39,969 bases of DNA from an uncultured bacterium (GCA_965603135.1 CBFDBV010000002.1:1-39969), one strand, 5' to 3'; positions 1 through 7,193 are shown, counted from the stretch's first letter. Numbers and translations are program-made. Notes: generated from the sequence alone by a model not told the origin.

Positions 1-685
1 CGTGGCCGTCCACGAAGGCGAAGTTCGCGCCATCGTGGTGCGGGAAGACCGGCTGGCCGTGCTCGTCCACCTCATAGAGCAGGACCGTCGTGGCGGGCTC
101 AGCGATCTCCTCCACCTTCTTGCCCGCCACCAGCGGGTTGATCGCGTAGCCGCCTTTCTCCCGCCGGGGGCGGGTCGGGCACTCGAAGGGGTGTTCGTTC
201 TTGACATAGGGCATAATGTCGTCTTCCCAGGTCACGGTTCCCGGCAGGCGGCCTTCGTTATCCCTGGCGAACATCTCAATCGCCAGCGCCAACTCCTTCA
301 TGTTGGCGATGCACGATGTCTGGCGGGCCTTCTCGCGCGAGGTTGCGAACGTCGGGAACAGAATGGCGGCAAGCAGGGCAAGCATTCCCAGGGCCACGAA
401 GACTTCGATGAGACGGGACGTCGGGACGCGGCGAGGCTTCTCGGTTGCGGCCATCTTACGCACCTCCTGCATTACGCCTGTGGTTAGCCCCGGTTCCCAC
501 GCGGAATGCAGGTAGGCGTCCTTGAAGCGGCGCTGATCCTCGCGGACCTGGCGCAGCCACTCCCGGCACCCGGCACAGCCCAGCAGATGCAGGCGCACGC
601 GCAGCCACTCGATGAGGCCACACTCCCCGTCGGCGAAGGCCGACAGGCTCTCCAACCAGTTCTCGCACGGCCTCGGGTCGGTCAC
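1..685 (-). CDS. Anti-sigma factor: zf-HC2 zinc-finger domain fused in frame to a pilin-like TM helix and an H-X9-DG (DUF1559-type) pseudopilin domain. The 3' end is truncated by the window edge.
   Basis: My own translation of the minus strand. GTG 685-683 overlaps the sigma stop TGA 684-682 (GTGA). N-terminus VTDPRPCENWLESLSAFADGECGLIEWLRVRLHLLGCAGCREWL carries C...H-x3-C-x2-C. The frame stays open through an internal ATG 454-452 (preceded by AGGAGGTG) into [43 protein letters not shown] and ends ...HHDGANFAFVDGH at nt 2. It is not in the ORF track because no stop lies in the window. The listed 456..695 ORF is a different frame. Confidence 0.7.
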   Translation of the reverse strand, partial: MTDPRPCENWLESLSAFADGECGLIEWLRVRLHLLGCAGCREWLRQVREDQRRFKDAYLHSAWEPGLTTGVMQEVRKMAATEKPRRVPTSRLIEVFVALGMLALLAAILFPTFATSREKARQTSCIANMKELALAIEMFARDNEGRLPGTVTWEDDIMPYVKNEHPFECPTRPRREKGGYAINPLVAGKKVEEIAEPATTVLLYEVDEHGQPVFPHHDGANFAFVDGH

Positions 686-1230
686 TGCGCTTCACCTGCC
701 TGCGTTATCTGCGACTGCGCCTCTTCGAAGAGCTTTCGGAGCCGTTGCCGGGCCCGACAGCAGCGCACCCGGACGTTGTTGACGGTCGTCTCCAACGTCC
801 GGGCGATATCAGAGTATGATAGCTCGCTGATATACCGCGCTGCCAGGACCTCGCGGTCGGCCAGCGGAAGCTGCCCGAGCAGCTCGGTCAGCGGGCCGCC
901 CTCGGGCTCCGGGTCCGTCGTGCTGGGAGCGGGCGCCTCGTCCAGGGGGACGCTATCGGGTTGCCTGCGCGACAGATGCTTACGGCACTTATTGCGCAGG
1001 ATGCCCAGCAGCCATCCGGCGAACTTGCTCGGCTCGCGCAGTTGCCGGAGCTGCCGGTAGGCGTCAATGAATGTCTCCTGGGCGAGGTCGCGCGCCGCCT
1101 CCGGATCGCCGGTGAGGTGGTGAGCGGCGGCGACAAGGGAGCCTTGATGCCGCTCAACGAGGACGGCATAGGCATCTGCGTCACCTTGGAGCACTCGCTT
1201 CACCACCTGGGCGTCCGTGGCCACCTGCAT
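682..1230 (-). CDS. ECF (sigma-70 family, group IV) RNA polymerase sigma factor
   Basis: 182 aa. Region 2 signature ETFIDAYRQLRQLREPSKFAGWLLGILRNKC and region 4.2 HTH LSYSDIARTLETTVNNVRVRCCRARQRL. ATG 1230-1228 is preceded by GGGAG. Confidence 0.9.
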   Translation of the reverse strand: MQVATDAQVVKRVLQGDADAYAVLVERHQGSLVAAAHHLTGDPEAARDLAQETFIDAYRQLRQLREPSKFAGWLLGILRNKCRKHLSRRQPDSVPLDEAPAPSTTDPEPEGGPLTELLGQLPLADREVLAARYISELSYSDIARTLETTVNNVRVRCCRARQRLRKLFEEAQSQITQAGEAQ

Positions 1231-1360
1231 TCGCTCCCGGGGCGCGTCCTGGAGGACGCTTCGCGTCCTCGCCCGTTAAGTGCCCTTCCGGCCGCGAAAC
1301 ATTACAGATCGCGCGACGATTTCAATGCAGGCGGGTTCGAGCCCTGCCTGAATCAAACGA

Positions 1361-1382
1361 GCCCGGCCTCATCAGGCCGGGC
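1361..1382 (-). terminator. GC hairpin (8-bp stem GCCCGGCC/GGCCGGGC, 6-nt loop) followed on the minus strand by TCGTTTGATT. Possible intrinsic terminator after the STN gene pair.
   Basis: Read directly from the sequence. It lies 206 nt downstream of the stop at 1588 and upstream of the next sigma gene. Confidence 0.35.
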
Positions 1383-1587
1383 CCGCTGGCCGTGTTCGTG
1401 CCCGTCGGCCTGCCGGAGACGGGCATCTCCATCCCCACCCTCAGGGCCAGTCCTCTGGGACCGCCCCCCATCAGCCACGTGTTCGTCCCTGAGACCCTGA
1501 CTACCGAGCGCGGCGAGCCTCTGGGCCGCTGCGCTCAACCAGTGTCACTGATCCCCTGTCACGAGTTCCCTATCCAGCCGCCCGCCC

Positions 1588-2952
1588 CTATTCCTCCTCA
1601 CCCAACTCCCCCGGCGGCTGCTTGCTGAGCCACATATCATCGAAGTAGAGCGTGGTGCCTTCGCCCTGCTTGACGTAGCCAGCCGAGTAGAAGCGCAGGA
1701 TGTTGATCTGATCCCAGCCGAGTGGGGCGCGCACCGACATCAAGTCGCTGTACGCGTAGGACAGCAGCTTCCAGCCCTGCCAATCGAGCGGGATCTTGAC
1801 CTGATAGCGATCATGCCCCTCCGTAGCCGGGTTCTCGGACTCGACCCAGAACAGTATCTCGCCATCGGTCGGCTCCTTGCAGTAGACCCACATGTTGACG
1901 TACTCGTAGGCGGACCAGTCGCGCGGCACCGCCGTGTTATACAGCGAGGTCTGCGCTATTGTGCTCACCCACTCGGCCACCCGCCCGCCGGTCTTGGTGG
2001 GTTCCTTGACGCAGCCTATCGCTCCGGAGCCGTAGGCCAAGCAGCCCCAGTCGGTGTCGGGGTGAAAGATCACCAGCTCATCGCCGGGCGGCTCGGCTGG
2101 CATAGCGCGGATGTCATCTATCCTCAGGACCGTCCCTGGAACGTACTCCACCCACGTCGGCCAGCCCTCGAAGGCCAGGCGCATCATATCTATCTTGTGG
2201 AAGCCCACTGGCTCGTACGCACGCTGAAAGCTGCGCTCGTACAACCGCAGTTCCCGCCAGCCCTCCCAGTCAATCTTGATGAGGCAGCGATAGTAGTCCC
2301 TCTGCTCCGTGTCCGGATTGTCCGAGTCCGCCAAGAGCGCCATCACCGCGTCGGTGGCCTGTTCGGAGTGAATCCAGAGGGCCACGCTGTCGTAGCCGGT
2401 CCAATCGTGCGGGGTGCGCTGGTGGAAGATGTACTTCGCAGCGGTGTCCGGGTCCCACTTGCCCGAGGTTTCGCCTTGCTTGACGACCTCGTTGTCGGCG
2501 ACCAGGTCCACCATGTTCTTGTCCCAGTTGTCATGCCAGCGCTTGGCGACGTCGCCCTCCATGTCGTCTATCACGAGGGGTTCCGTGGGCAGCTCGCGCG
2601 GCTCTGCTTCCTCCGCTGGCGCCGGCTCCGGCGGCGCCGCGCCCTTTCGTACGATCTCGTACGCCCCGTCCGCTTCCTTCAACTCGACCCCCGCCGTCAC
2701 GCACAGCATCTGAAGCGCCTGCCTGGCTGACACGCCGTCAACAGAGAAGCGCTGCACCGGCTTGTCCGCCACGCCCGGCGCGACCGACACCTCGAACCCG
2801 CCCGCCATCGCTATCATCTGGGCGACGGCCCCCACGGTGGAGTCCTGCACGTCCAGGCTGACCTTCGGCGCCTCCTCCTGAGCGAAACACGGAACTGACG
2901 CGCTTGCGATAAGGAACCCCAATAGCACGATGCTCATCCGGGGACCTGACAT
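1588..2952 (-). CDS. Secreted STN-domain protein with two tandem CBM/CIA30-like beta-sandwich repeats (copy 1, parental C-terminus ...KQPPGELGEEE)
   Basis: ATG 2952-2950 with AAGGAGG 8 nt upstream. Signal peptide MSGPRMSIVLLGFLIASASVPCFAQEE. STN-like block VSLDVQDSTVGAVAQMIAMAGGFEVSVAPGVADKPVQRFSVDGVSARQALQMLCVTAGVELKEADGAYEIV. Two internally similar ~150-aa repeats (PHDWTGYDSVALWIH...IDWEGWRELRL...LRIDDI and PRDWSAYEYVNMWVY...LDWQGWKLLSY...LYFDDM). The 50-codon extension in the ORF track upstream of this ATG is discarded. Confidence 0.8.
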   Translation of the reverse strand: MSGPRMSIVLLGFLIASASVPCFAQEEAPKVSLDVQDSTVGAVAQMIAMAGGFEVSVAPGVADKPVQRFSVDGVSARQALQMLCVTAGVELKEADGAYEIVRKGAAPPEPAPAEEAEPRELPTEPLVIDDMEGDVAKRWHDNWDKNMVDLVADNEVVKQGETSGKWDPDTAAKYIFHQRTPHDWTGYDSVALWIHSEQATDAVMALLADSDNPDTEQRDYYRCLIKIDWEGWRELRLYERSFQRAYEPVGFHKIDMMRLAFEGWPTWVEYVPGTVLRIDDIRAMPAEPPGDELVIFHPDTDWGCLAYGSGAIGCVKEPTKTGGRVAEWVSTIAQTSLYNTAVPRDWSAYEYVNMWVYCKEPTDGEILFWVESENPATEGHDRYQVKIPLDWQGWKLLSYAYSDLMSVRAPLGWDQINILRFYSAGYVKQGEGTTLYFDDMWLSKQPPGELGEEE

Positions 2953-3068
2953 CTCACTCGCCTCCTTGCCAAGTGCTGCAACATCCACGACCCCGCGCAG
3001 ATACGTATTCGTCGCGTGCGCCTGGCATTCCTGCCTGCTATGACCGGCGTGCACGCTACTGATCGCGC
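1613..3068. repeat. Tandem direct repeat, unit 1 (1456 bp, period 1462 bp)
   Basis: Matches 3075-4530 at every position I compared. All six-frame ORFs in the two units translate identically at an offset of 1462. Confidence 0.9.
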
Positions 3069-4414
3069 TCCGATGGCGGCTGCTTGCTGAGCCACATATC
3101 ATCGAAGTAGAGCGTGGTGCCTTCGCCCTGCTTGACGTAGCCAGCCGAGTAGAAGCGCAGGATGTTGATCTGATCCCAGCCGAGTGGGGCGCGCACCGAC
3201 ATCAAGTCGCTGTACGCGTAGGACAGCAGCTTCCAGCCCTGCCAATCGAGCGGGATCTTGACCTGATAGCGATCATGCCCCTCCGTAGCCGGGTTCTCGG
3301 ACTCGACCCAGAACAGTATCTCGCCATCGGTCGGCTCCTTGCAGTAGACCCACATGTTGACGTACTCGTAGGCGGACCAGTCGCGCGGCACCGCCGTGTT
3401 ATACAGCGAGGTCTGCGCTATTGTGCTCACCCACTCGGCCACCCGCCCGCCGGTCTTGGTGGGTTCCTTGACGCAGCCTATCGCTCCGGAGCCGTAGGCC
3501 AAGCAGCCCCAGTCGGTGTCGGGGTGAAAGATCACCAGCTCATCGCCGGGCGGCTCGGCTGGCATAGCGCGGATGTCATCTATCCTCAGGACCGTCCCTG
3601 GAACGTACTCCACCCACGTCGGCCAGCCCTCGAAGGCCAGGCGCATCATATCTATCTTGTGGAAGCCCACTGGCTCGTACGCACGCTGAAAGCTGCGCTC
3701 GTACAACCGCAGTTCCCGCCAGCCCTCCCAGTCAATCTTGATGAGGCAGCGATAGTAGTCCCTCTGCTCCGTGTCCGGATTGTCCGAGTCCGCCAAGAGC
3801 GCCATCACCGCGTCGGTGGCCTGTTCGGAGTGAATCCAGAGGGCCACGCTGTCGTAGCCGGTCCAATCGTGCGGGGTGCGCTGGTGGAAGATGTACTTCG
3901 CAGCGGTGTCCGGGTCCCACTTGCCCGAGGTTTCGCCTTGCTTGACGACCTCGTTGTCGGCGACCAGGTCCACCATGTTCTTGTCCCAGTTGTCATGCCA
4001 GCGCTTGGCGACGTCGCCCTCCATGTCGTCTATCACGAGGGGTTCCGTGGGCAGCTCGCGCGGCTCTGCTTCCTCCGCTGGCGCCGGCTCCGGCGGCGCC
4101 GCGCCCTTTCGTACGATCTCGTACGCCCCGTCCGCTTCCTTCAACTCGACCCCCGCCGTCACGCACAGCATCTGAAGCGCCTGCCTGGCTGACACGCCGT
4201 CAACAGAGAAGCGCTGCACCGGCTTGTCCGCCACGCCCGGCGCGACCGACACCTCGAACCCGCCCGCCATCGCTATCATCTGGGCGACGGCCCCCACGGT
4301 GGAGTCCTGCACGTCCAGGCTGACCTTCGGCGCCTCCTCCTGAGCGAAACACGGAACTGACGCGCTTGCGATAAGGAACCCCAATAGCACGATGCTCATC
4401 CGGGGACCTGACAT
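3056..4414 (-). CDS. Secreted STN-domain protein with two CBM-like repeats (copy 2, junction-derived C-terminus ...KQPPSERDQ)
   Basis: Identical to copy 1 from the ATG (4414-4412 = 2952+1462) to ...WLSKQPP. The last codons and TAG stop come from the duplicated 13-nt tail of the upstream ATPase gene (ctactgatcgcgc, 3056-3068). Confidence 0.8.
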   Translation of the reverse strand: MSGPRMSIVLLGFLIASASVPCFAQEEAPKVSLDVQDSTVGAVAQMIAMAGGFEVSVAPGVADKPVQRFSVDGVSARQALQMLCVTAGVELKEADGAYEIVRKGAAPPEPAPAEEAEPRELPTEPLVIDDMEGDVAKRWHDNWDKNMVDLVADNEVVKQGETSGKWDPDTAAKYIFHQRTPHDWTGYDSVALWIHSEQATDAVMALLADSDNPDTEQRDYYRCLIKIDWEGWRELRLYERSFQRAYEPVGFHKIDMMRLAFEGWPTWVEYVPGTVLRIDDIRAMPAEPPGDELVIFHPDTDWGCLAYGSGAIGCVKEPTKTGGRVAEWVSTIAQTSLYNTAVPRDWSAYEYVNMWVYCKEPTDGEILFWVESENPATEGHDRYQVKIPLDWQGWKLLSYAYSDLMSVRAPLGWDQINILRFYSAGYVKQGEGTTLYFDDMWLSKQPPSERDQ

Positions 4415-4530
4415 CTCACTCGCCTCCTTGCCAAGTGCTGCAACATCCACGACCCCGCGCAGATACGTATTCGTCGCGTGCGCCTGGCATTCCTGCCTGC
4501 TATGACCGGCGTGCACGCTACTGATCGCGC
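3075..4530. repeat. Tandem direct repeat, unit 2
   Basis: See unit 1. The junction filler tccgat sits at 3069-3074. Confidence 0.9.
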
Positions 4531-5855
4531 GCGGAGATGTGCCGGAAGATACGCATTGCCTCCGCGACATCGGTTATGCCCTCGATGGCCTTCAGTGCAG
4601 CATCGTGAAAGATGGGGGTGTACTTGGCTTCCGCCGCTGCTTCAATCTCGTCCATCTCGGCCCCACTGCTAAGGAGAGCCCGGATCTCTTCATCGAGCAC
4701 AAGGACCTCGTGGACGGCTGTCCGGCCGCGGTAGCCCGTCTCCCGGCACTCCTTGCAGCCAGCCCCCGTCCAGATCAGCGCCGGTACCTCCTTCACGTCG
4801 GCCTCGCGGAGCCACGCCGCCTCCTCGTCCGTCGGCGGTCGCTGCTCGCGGCAGTTCTCGCACACCTTTCGCACCAGCCGCTGCCCGAGCGCGCCGAGCA
4901 GGGCATCGGCGATGAGGAAGCGCTCGACCCCCATGTCCGCCAGCCGCCGCAGGACGCCGGCGGCGCTCTGGGTATGCAGCGTGGTAAGCACCAGATGCCC
5001 GGTCAGGGCGGCCTGGATGACAAGGTAGGCGGTTTCCAGGTCGCGTATCTCCCCGCACAGGATGATGTCAGGGTCCTGGCGCAGAATGTGCCGCATCGCC
5101 ACCGCGAAGGTCAACCCCGCCCGCGGGTTGAGTTGCACCTGGTTCACTCCGTCTATGAGCACCTCGACCGGATCCTCAACCGTTGTGACCTGGTGCTCGC
5201 GACTGTTTAACTCTCGTAGTGCCGCGTACAGCGTCGTGGTCTTGCCGCAGCCCGTGGGGCCGGACACAATCACTACGCCGCACGGACTGCGCAGTAGCTT
5301 GTCGAAGGCCTTCCGGTTGCTCTCTGACATTCCGATCTGATCCAGGTCCGGCATCTCCTCAGGGAGCACCAGGATGCGCATCACGACACTCTCCCCGCGC
5401 GCTGTCGGCAGCGAAGAGATGCGCAGGTCATACTCGCGACCCTCGTGCTCGATGCGGATGCGCCCGTCCTGGGGCATTCGCGTCTCCGTCATGTCCATGT
5501 CGGCCATCAATTGGATGCGCGCCACCACCGGCTCGTGCAACTGCGCGGGCAGCGACATCACATCATGCAGCACCCCGTCAATGCGATACCGCACCACCAT
5601 GTCCCCTTCCTTGCGTTGTATGTGGGTGTCGCTTGCGCGTTCCTGGATGGCCTTCGTGATGATGCTGCCAACCGTCTCGACGGTCGCCTCCGCGTCCGCC
5701 GCGTCCGCGATGCTCAGCACCTTCCTGACGCCCTTCAGCTCTCGTCGGCACTCGACGCACTGCGTCAGGTGCTGTTCCACGGCCTGGTGCTGCTGCTCGT
5801 CCAGCTCCTCCTTGAGATATGCGGTCATCAGCTCACGACAGTCCTCGCACTTCAT
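4518..5855 (-). CDS. zf-HC2 anti-sigma zinc finger fused to a GspE/PilB-family type II secretion / type IV pilus ATPase
   Basis: 445 aa. N-terminus MKCEDCRELMTAYLKEELDEQQHQAVEQHLTQCVECRREL (C-x2-C...H-x3-C-x2-C) with no TM segment. Then an N2-like domain (RYRIDGVLHDV...RMPQDGRIRI...RISSLPTARGESVVMRIL), Walker A GPTGCGKTT, Walker B DPDIILCGEIRD, His box TGHLVLTTLHT and tetracysteine CENC...CKEC. ATG 5855-5853 abuts the sigma stop, and GGGAGGAG lies 5 nt upstream. Confidence 0.85.
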   Translation of the reverse strand: MKCEDCRELMTAYLKEELDEQQHQAVEQHLTQCVECRRELKGVRKVLSIADAADAEATVETVGSIITKAIQERASDTHIQRKEGDMVVRYRIDGVLHDVMSLPAQLHEPVVARIQLMADMDMTETRMPQDGRIRIEHEGREYDLRISSLPTARGESVVMRILVLPEEMPDLDQIGMSESNRKAFDKLLRSPCGVVIVSGPTGCGKTTTLYAALRELNSREHQVTTVEDPVEVLIDGVNQVQLNPRAGLTFAVAMRHILRQDPDIILCGEIRDLETAYLVIQAALTGHLVLTTLHTQSAAGVLRRLADMGVERFLIADALLGALGQRLVRKVCENCREQRPPTDEEAAWLREADVKEVPALIWTGAGCKECRETGYRGRTAVHEVLVLDEEIRALLSSGAEMDEIEAAAEAKYTPIFHDAALKAIEGITDVAEAMRIFRHISARDQ

Positions 5856-6428
5856 TCAGATCTCCTCCCTGTCCAGTAGCTCTCGCAGCCGGGCGACGGC
5901 GTGGTGCATGCGCGACTTGACCGTCCCCACCGGGATGCCCAGGACCTCCGCTATCTCCGCGTAGCGCAGCCCCTCATAGTGGCTCAGCACGAAGACCACG
6001 TGCTGCTTCCGCGGGAGCCTGGCGATGGCCCTGCGGATGCGCTGCATCCGGTAGCGGCGCAGGGCAACGTCCTCGGCGGGCTCGGCCCGCGCCAGCATCT
6101 GCGCCAGCAGCCTCCTGCCGCCCTCGCCAAGCTGCTCCTCGAGCGGCGTGACGCGCGGCCGAGACCTCATGGCGCGCAGGCGGTTCAGCCAGTGGTTCCA
6201 GGCGATGGTGTAAAGGTAGGTGGTGAACTTCGCCCGGGGCTGGTAGCTGTCGCGCGCCAGCCACAGTCTCACCAGCGTCTCCTGCGCCGCGTCGGCGGCC
6301 TCCTCCCGGTCCCGGCAGAGCCGATAGAAGAAGCTCTCCAGGCGCGGTCTGTGCCGCTCGACCAAGGCGGCAACGGCTTCCGTGTCGCCGGCCTTGACAT
6401 GGTCCATCAGCTCACGGTCGCTGGGCAT
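5856..6428 (-). CDS. ECF (group IV) RNA polymerase sigma factor
   Basis: Region 2 AQETLVRLWLARDSYQPRAKFTTYLYTIAWNHWLN and region 4 LRYAEIAEVLGIPVGTVKSRMHHAVARLR. I prefer ATG 6428-6426 (GAGGTG 4 nt upstream) over the track start at 6446. Confidence 0.88.
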   Translation of the reverse strand: MPSDRELMDHVKAGDTEAVAALVERHRPRLESFFYRLCRDREEAADAAQETLVRLWLARDSYQPRAKFTTYLYTIAWNHWLNRLRAMRSRPRVTPLEEQLGEGGRRLLAQMLARAEPAEDVALRRYRMQRIRRAIARLPRKQHVVFVLSHYEGLRYAEIAEVLGIPVGTVKSRMHHAVARLRELLDREEI

Positions 6429-6616
6429 ACCGCACCTCGGCTGCATGCTGCCGACAGGTCAAACACGCGCCATCGCAGAGGGTTCAATGGAGGAGTAAGC
6501 AAGAGGCGCCTGCCGCGGCGGCATCGTAACGACATCGCAGAGCACAGGGAACGGGCGTCAAAGCACTACGTCCAGCAAGCAGAGATACTCCCCTGTCCGC
6601 GTTCTCCGCCGATAGC

Positions 6617-6655
6617 TGCCGTTCCCCATTCCCTATTCCCCATTCCCCATTCCCC
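6617..6655. repeat. Heptamer array: head TGCCGTTCCCC, then ATTCCCT and ATTCCCC x3
   Basis: Units are GTTCCCC 6621-27, ATTCCCT 6628-34 and ATTCCCC at 6635-41, 6642-48 and 6649-55. The array overlaps the last codons (GMGNGE) and TAG stop of queH. Confidence 0.85.
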
Positions 6656-7193
6656 GCCTACTGGGCAGACACCCGCAGTAATCCTGCCGGTAGAGGCGGT
6701 ACTGCTTGCCGAGCTGCACGCTGCGCAGGAAGCCGTCGCGCTTCTTGAAATCCTCGTCGAGGAAGGTCAGGCCATGGTCGGCGGCCACGCGCTGGCCGAT
6801 GGGGTTGATCCTCGCCGCGGGCTTGTGAGGGCTGACGGTCAGCGTGCTGGCGATGGTCTCGATGCCGCGCTCGACGGCGAACTGCGCGACGGCCCGCAGG
6901 CGCAACTCGTAGCAGATCAGACAGCGCTCGCCGCCCTCGGGATCGCCCATCCTGCCCAGGCAGGCCTCCCTCCAGCGGTCGGGCTGGTACGGGCGGACCG
7001 TGAGCGGCAGGCTGATCTCCCGCGCTAGCTTCCTCATGGATGCCAGCCGATGGTCGTGCTCGTCCTGAGGCTGGATGTTGGGGTTGAACCAGAGGGCTTC
7101 GACCGTGAACCTCTCGCGGAGGCGCTCGACCACCGCGCTCGCGCACGGCCCGCAGCAGACGTGCAGCGCGATTCGCGGGCACTCACTGCTCAA
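6633..7193 (-). CDS. queH: Epoxyqueuosine reductase QueH (DUF208 family)
   Basis: LHVCCGPCAS, CLICYELRL and RQDYCGC cysteine motifs. Proposed TTG start 7193-7191 overlaps the upstream stop (TTGA), with GGAGGG 6 nt upstream. The Arg/Gly-rich N-terminal extension in the track ORF is discarded. Confidence 0.75.
   Translation of the reverse strand: MSSECPRIALHVCCGPCASAVVERLRERFTVEALWFNPNIQPQDEHDHRLASMRKLAREISLPLTVRPYQPDRWREACLGRMGDPEGGERCLICYELRLRAVAQFAVERGIETIASTLTVSPHKPAARINPIGQRVAADHGLTFLDEDFKKRDGFLRSVQLGKQYRLYRQDYCGCLPSRRGMGNGE

Noticed and set aside
456-695. 79-aa minus-strand ORF listed between the sigma gene and the window-edge pilin-like region
   Set aside because: Wrong frame. The frame starting at GTG 685 gives a clean zf-HC2 motif, overlaps the sigma stop as GTGA, and runs on into the pilin-like domain.
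1331-1347. tRNA T-arm-like string GCGGGTTCGAGCCCTGC (possible tRNA or att-site remnant)
   Set aside because: No acceptor stem, anticodon arm or D-arm can be built from the flanking sequence. The similarity is limited to about 17 nt.
2953-3102. N-terminal ~50-codon extensions of the two 504-aa track ORFs (also 4415..4570)
   Set aside because: The internal ATG has an AAGGAGG RBS and starts a textbook signal peptide. The extensions differ between copies, and the upstream one overlaps the ATPase gene's 3' end.
1-6446. A complete type II secretion or type IV pilus operon
   Set aside because: Only an ATPase core and pseudopilin-type domains are present. No GspF/PilC platform, secretin, PilM-PilO/GspL-GspM or prepilin peptidase gene is in the window.
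6455-6490. Possible ECF-type autoregulatory promoter (TGAACC ... CGTG on the minus strand) upstream of the sigma gene at 6428
   Set aside because: The spacer between the AAC and CGT elements is only about 14 nt, against the usual 16-17. This is not supportable from sequence alone.
6621-6655. Heptamer arrays considered as CRISPR arrays or coding low-complexity repeats
   Set aside because: The period is 7 nt with no spacers, no cas genes are present, and the arrays are only 3-5 units long. Some six-frame ORFs elsewhere in the window read through such arrays (for example PFALCPLP at 7732..7926), and those are artefacts.
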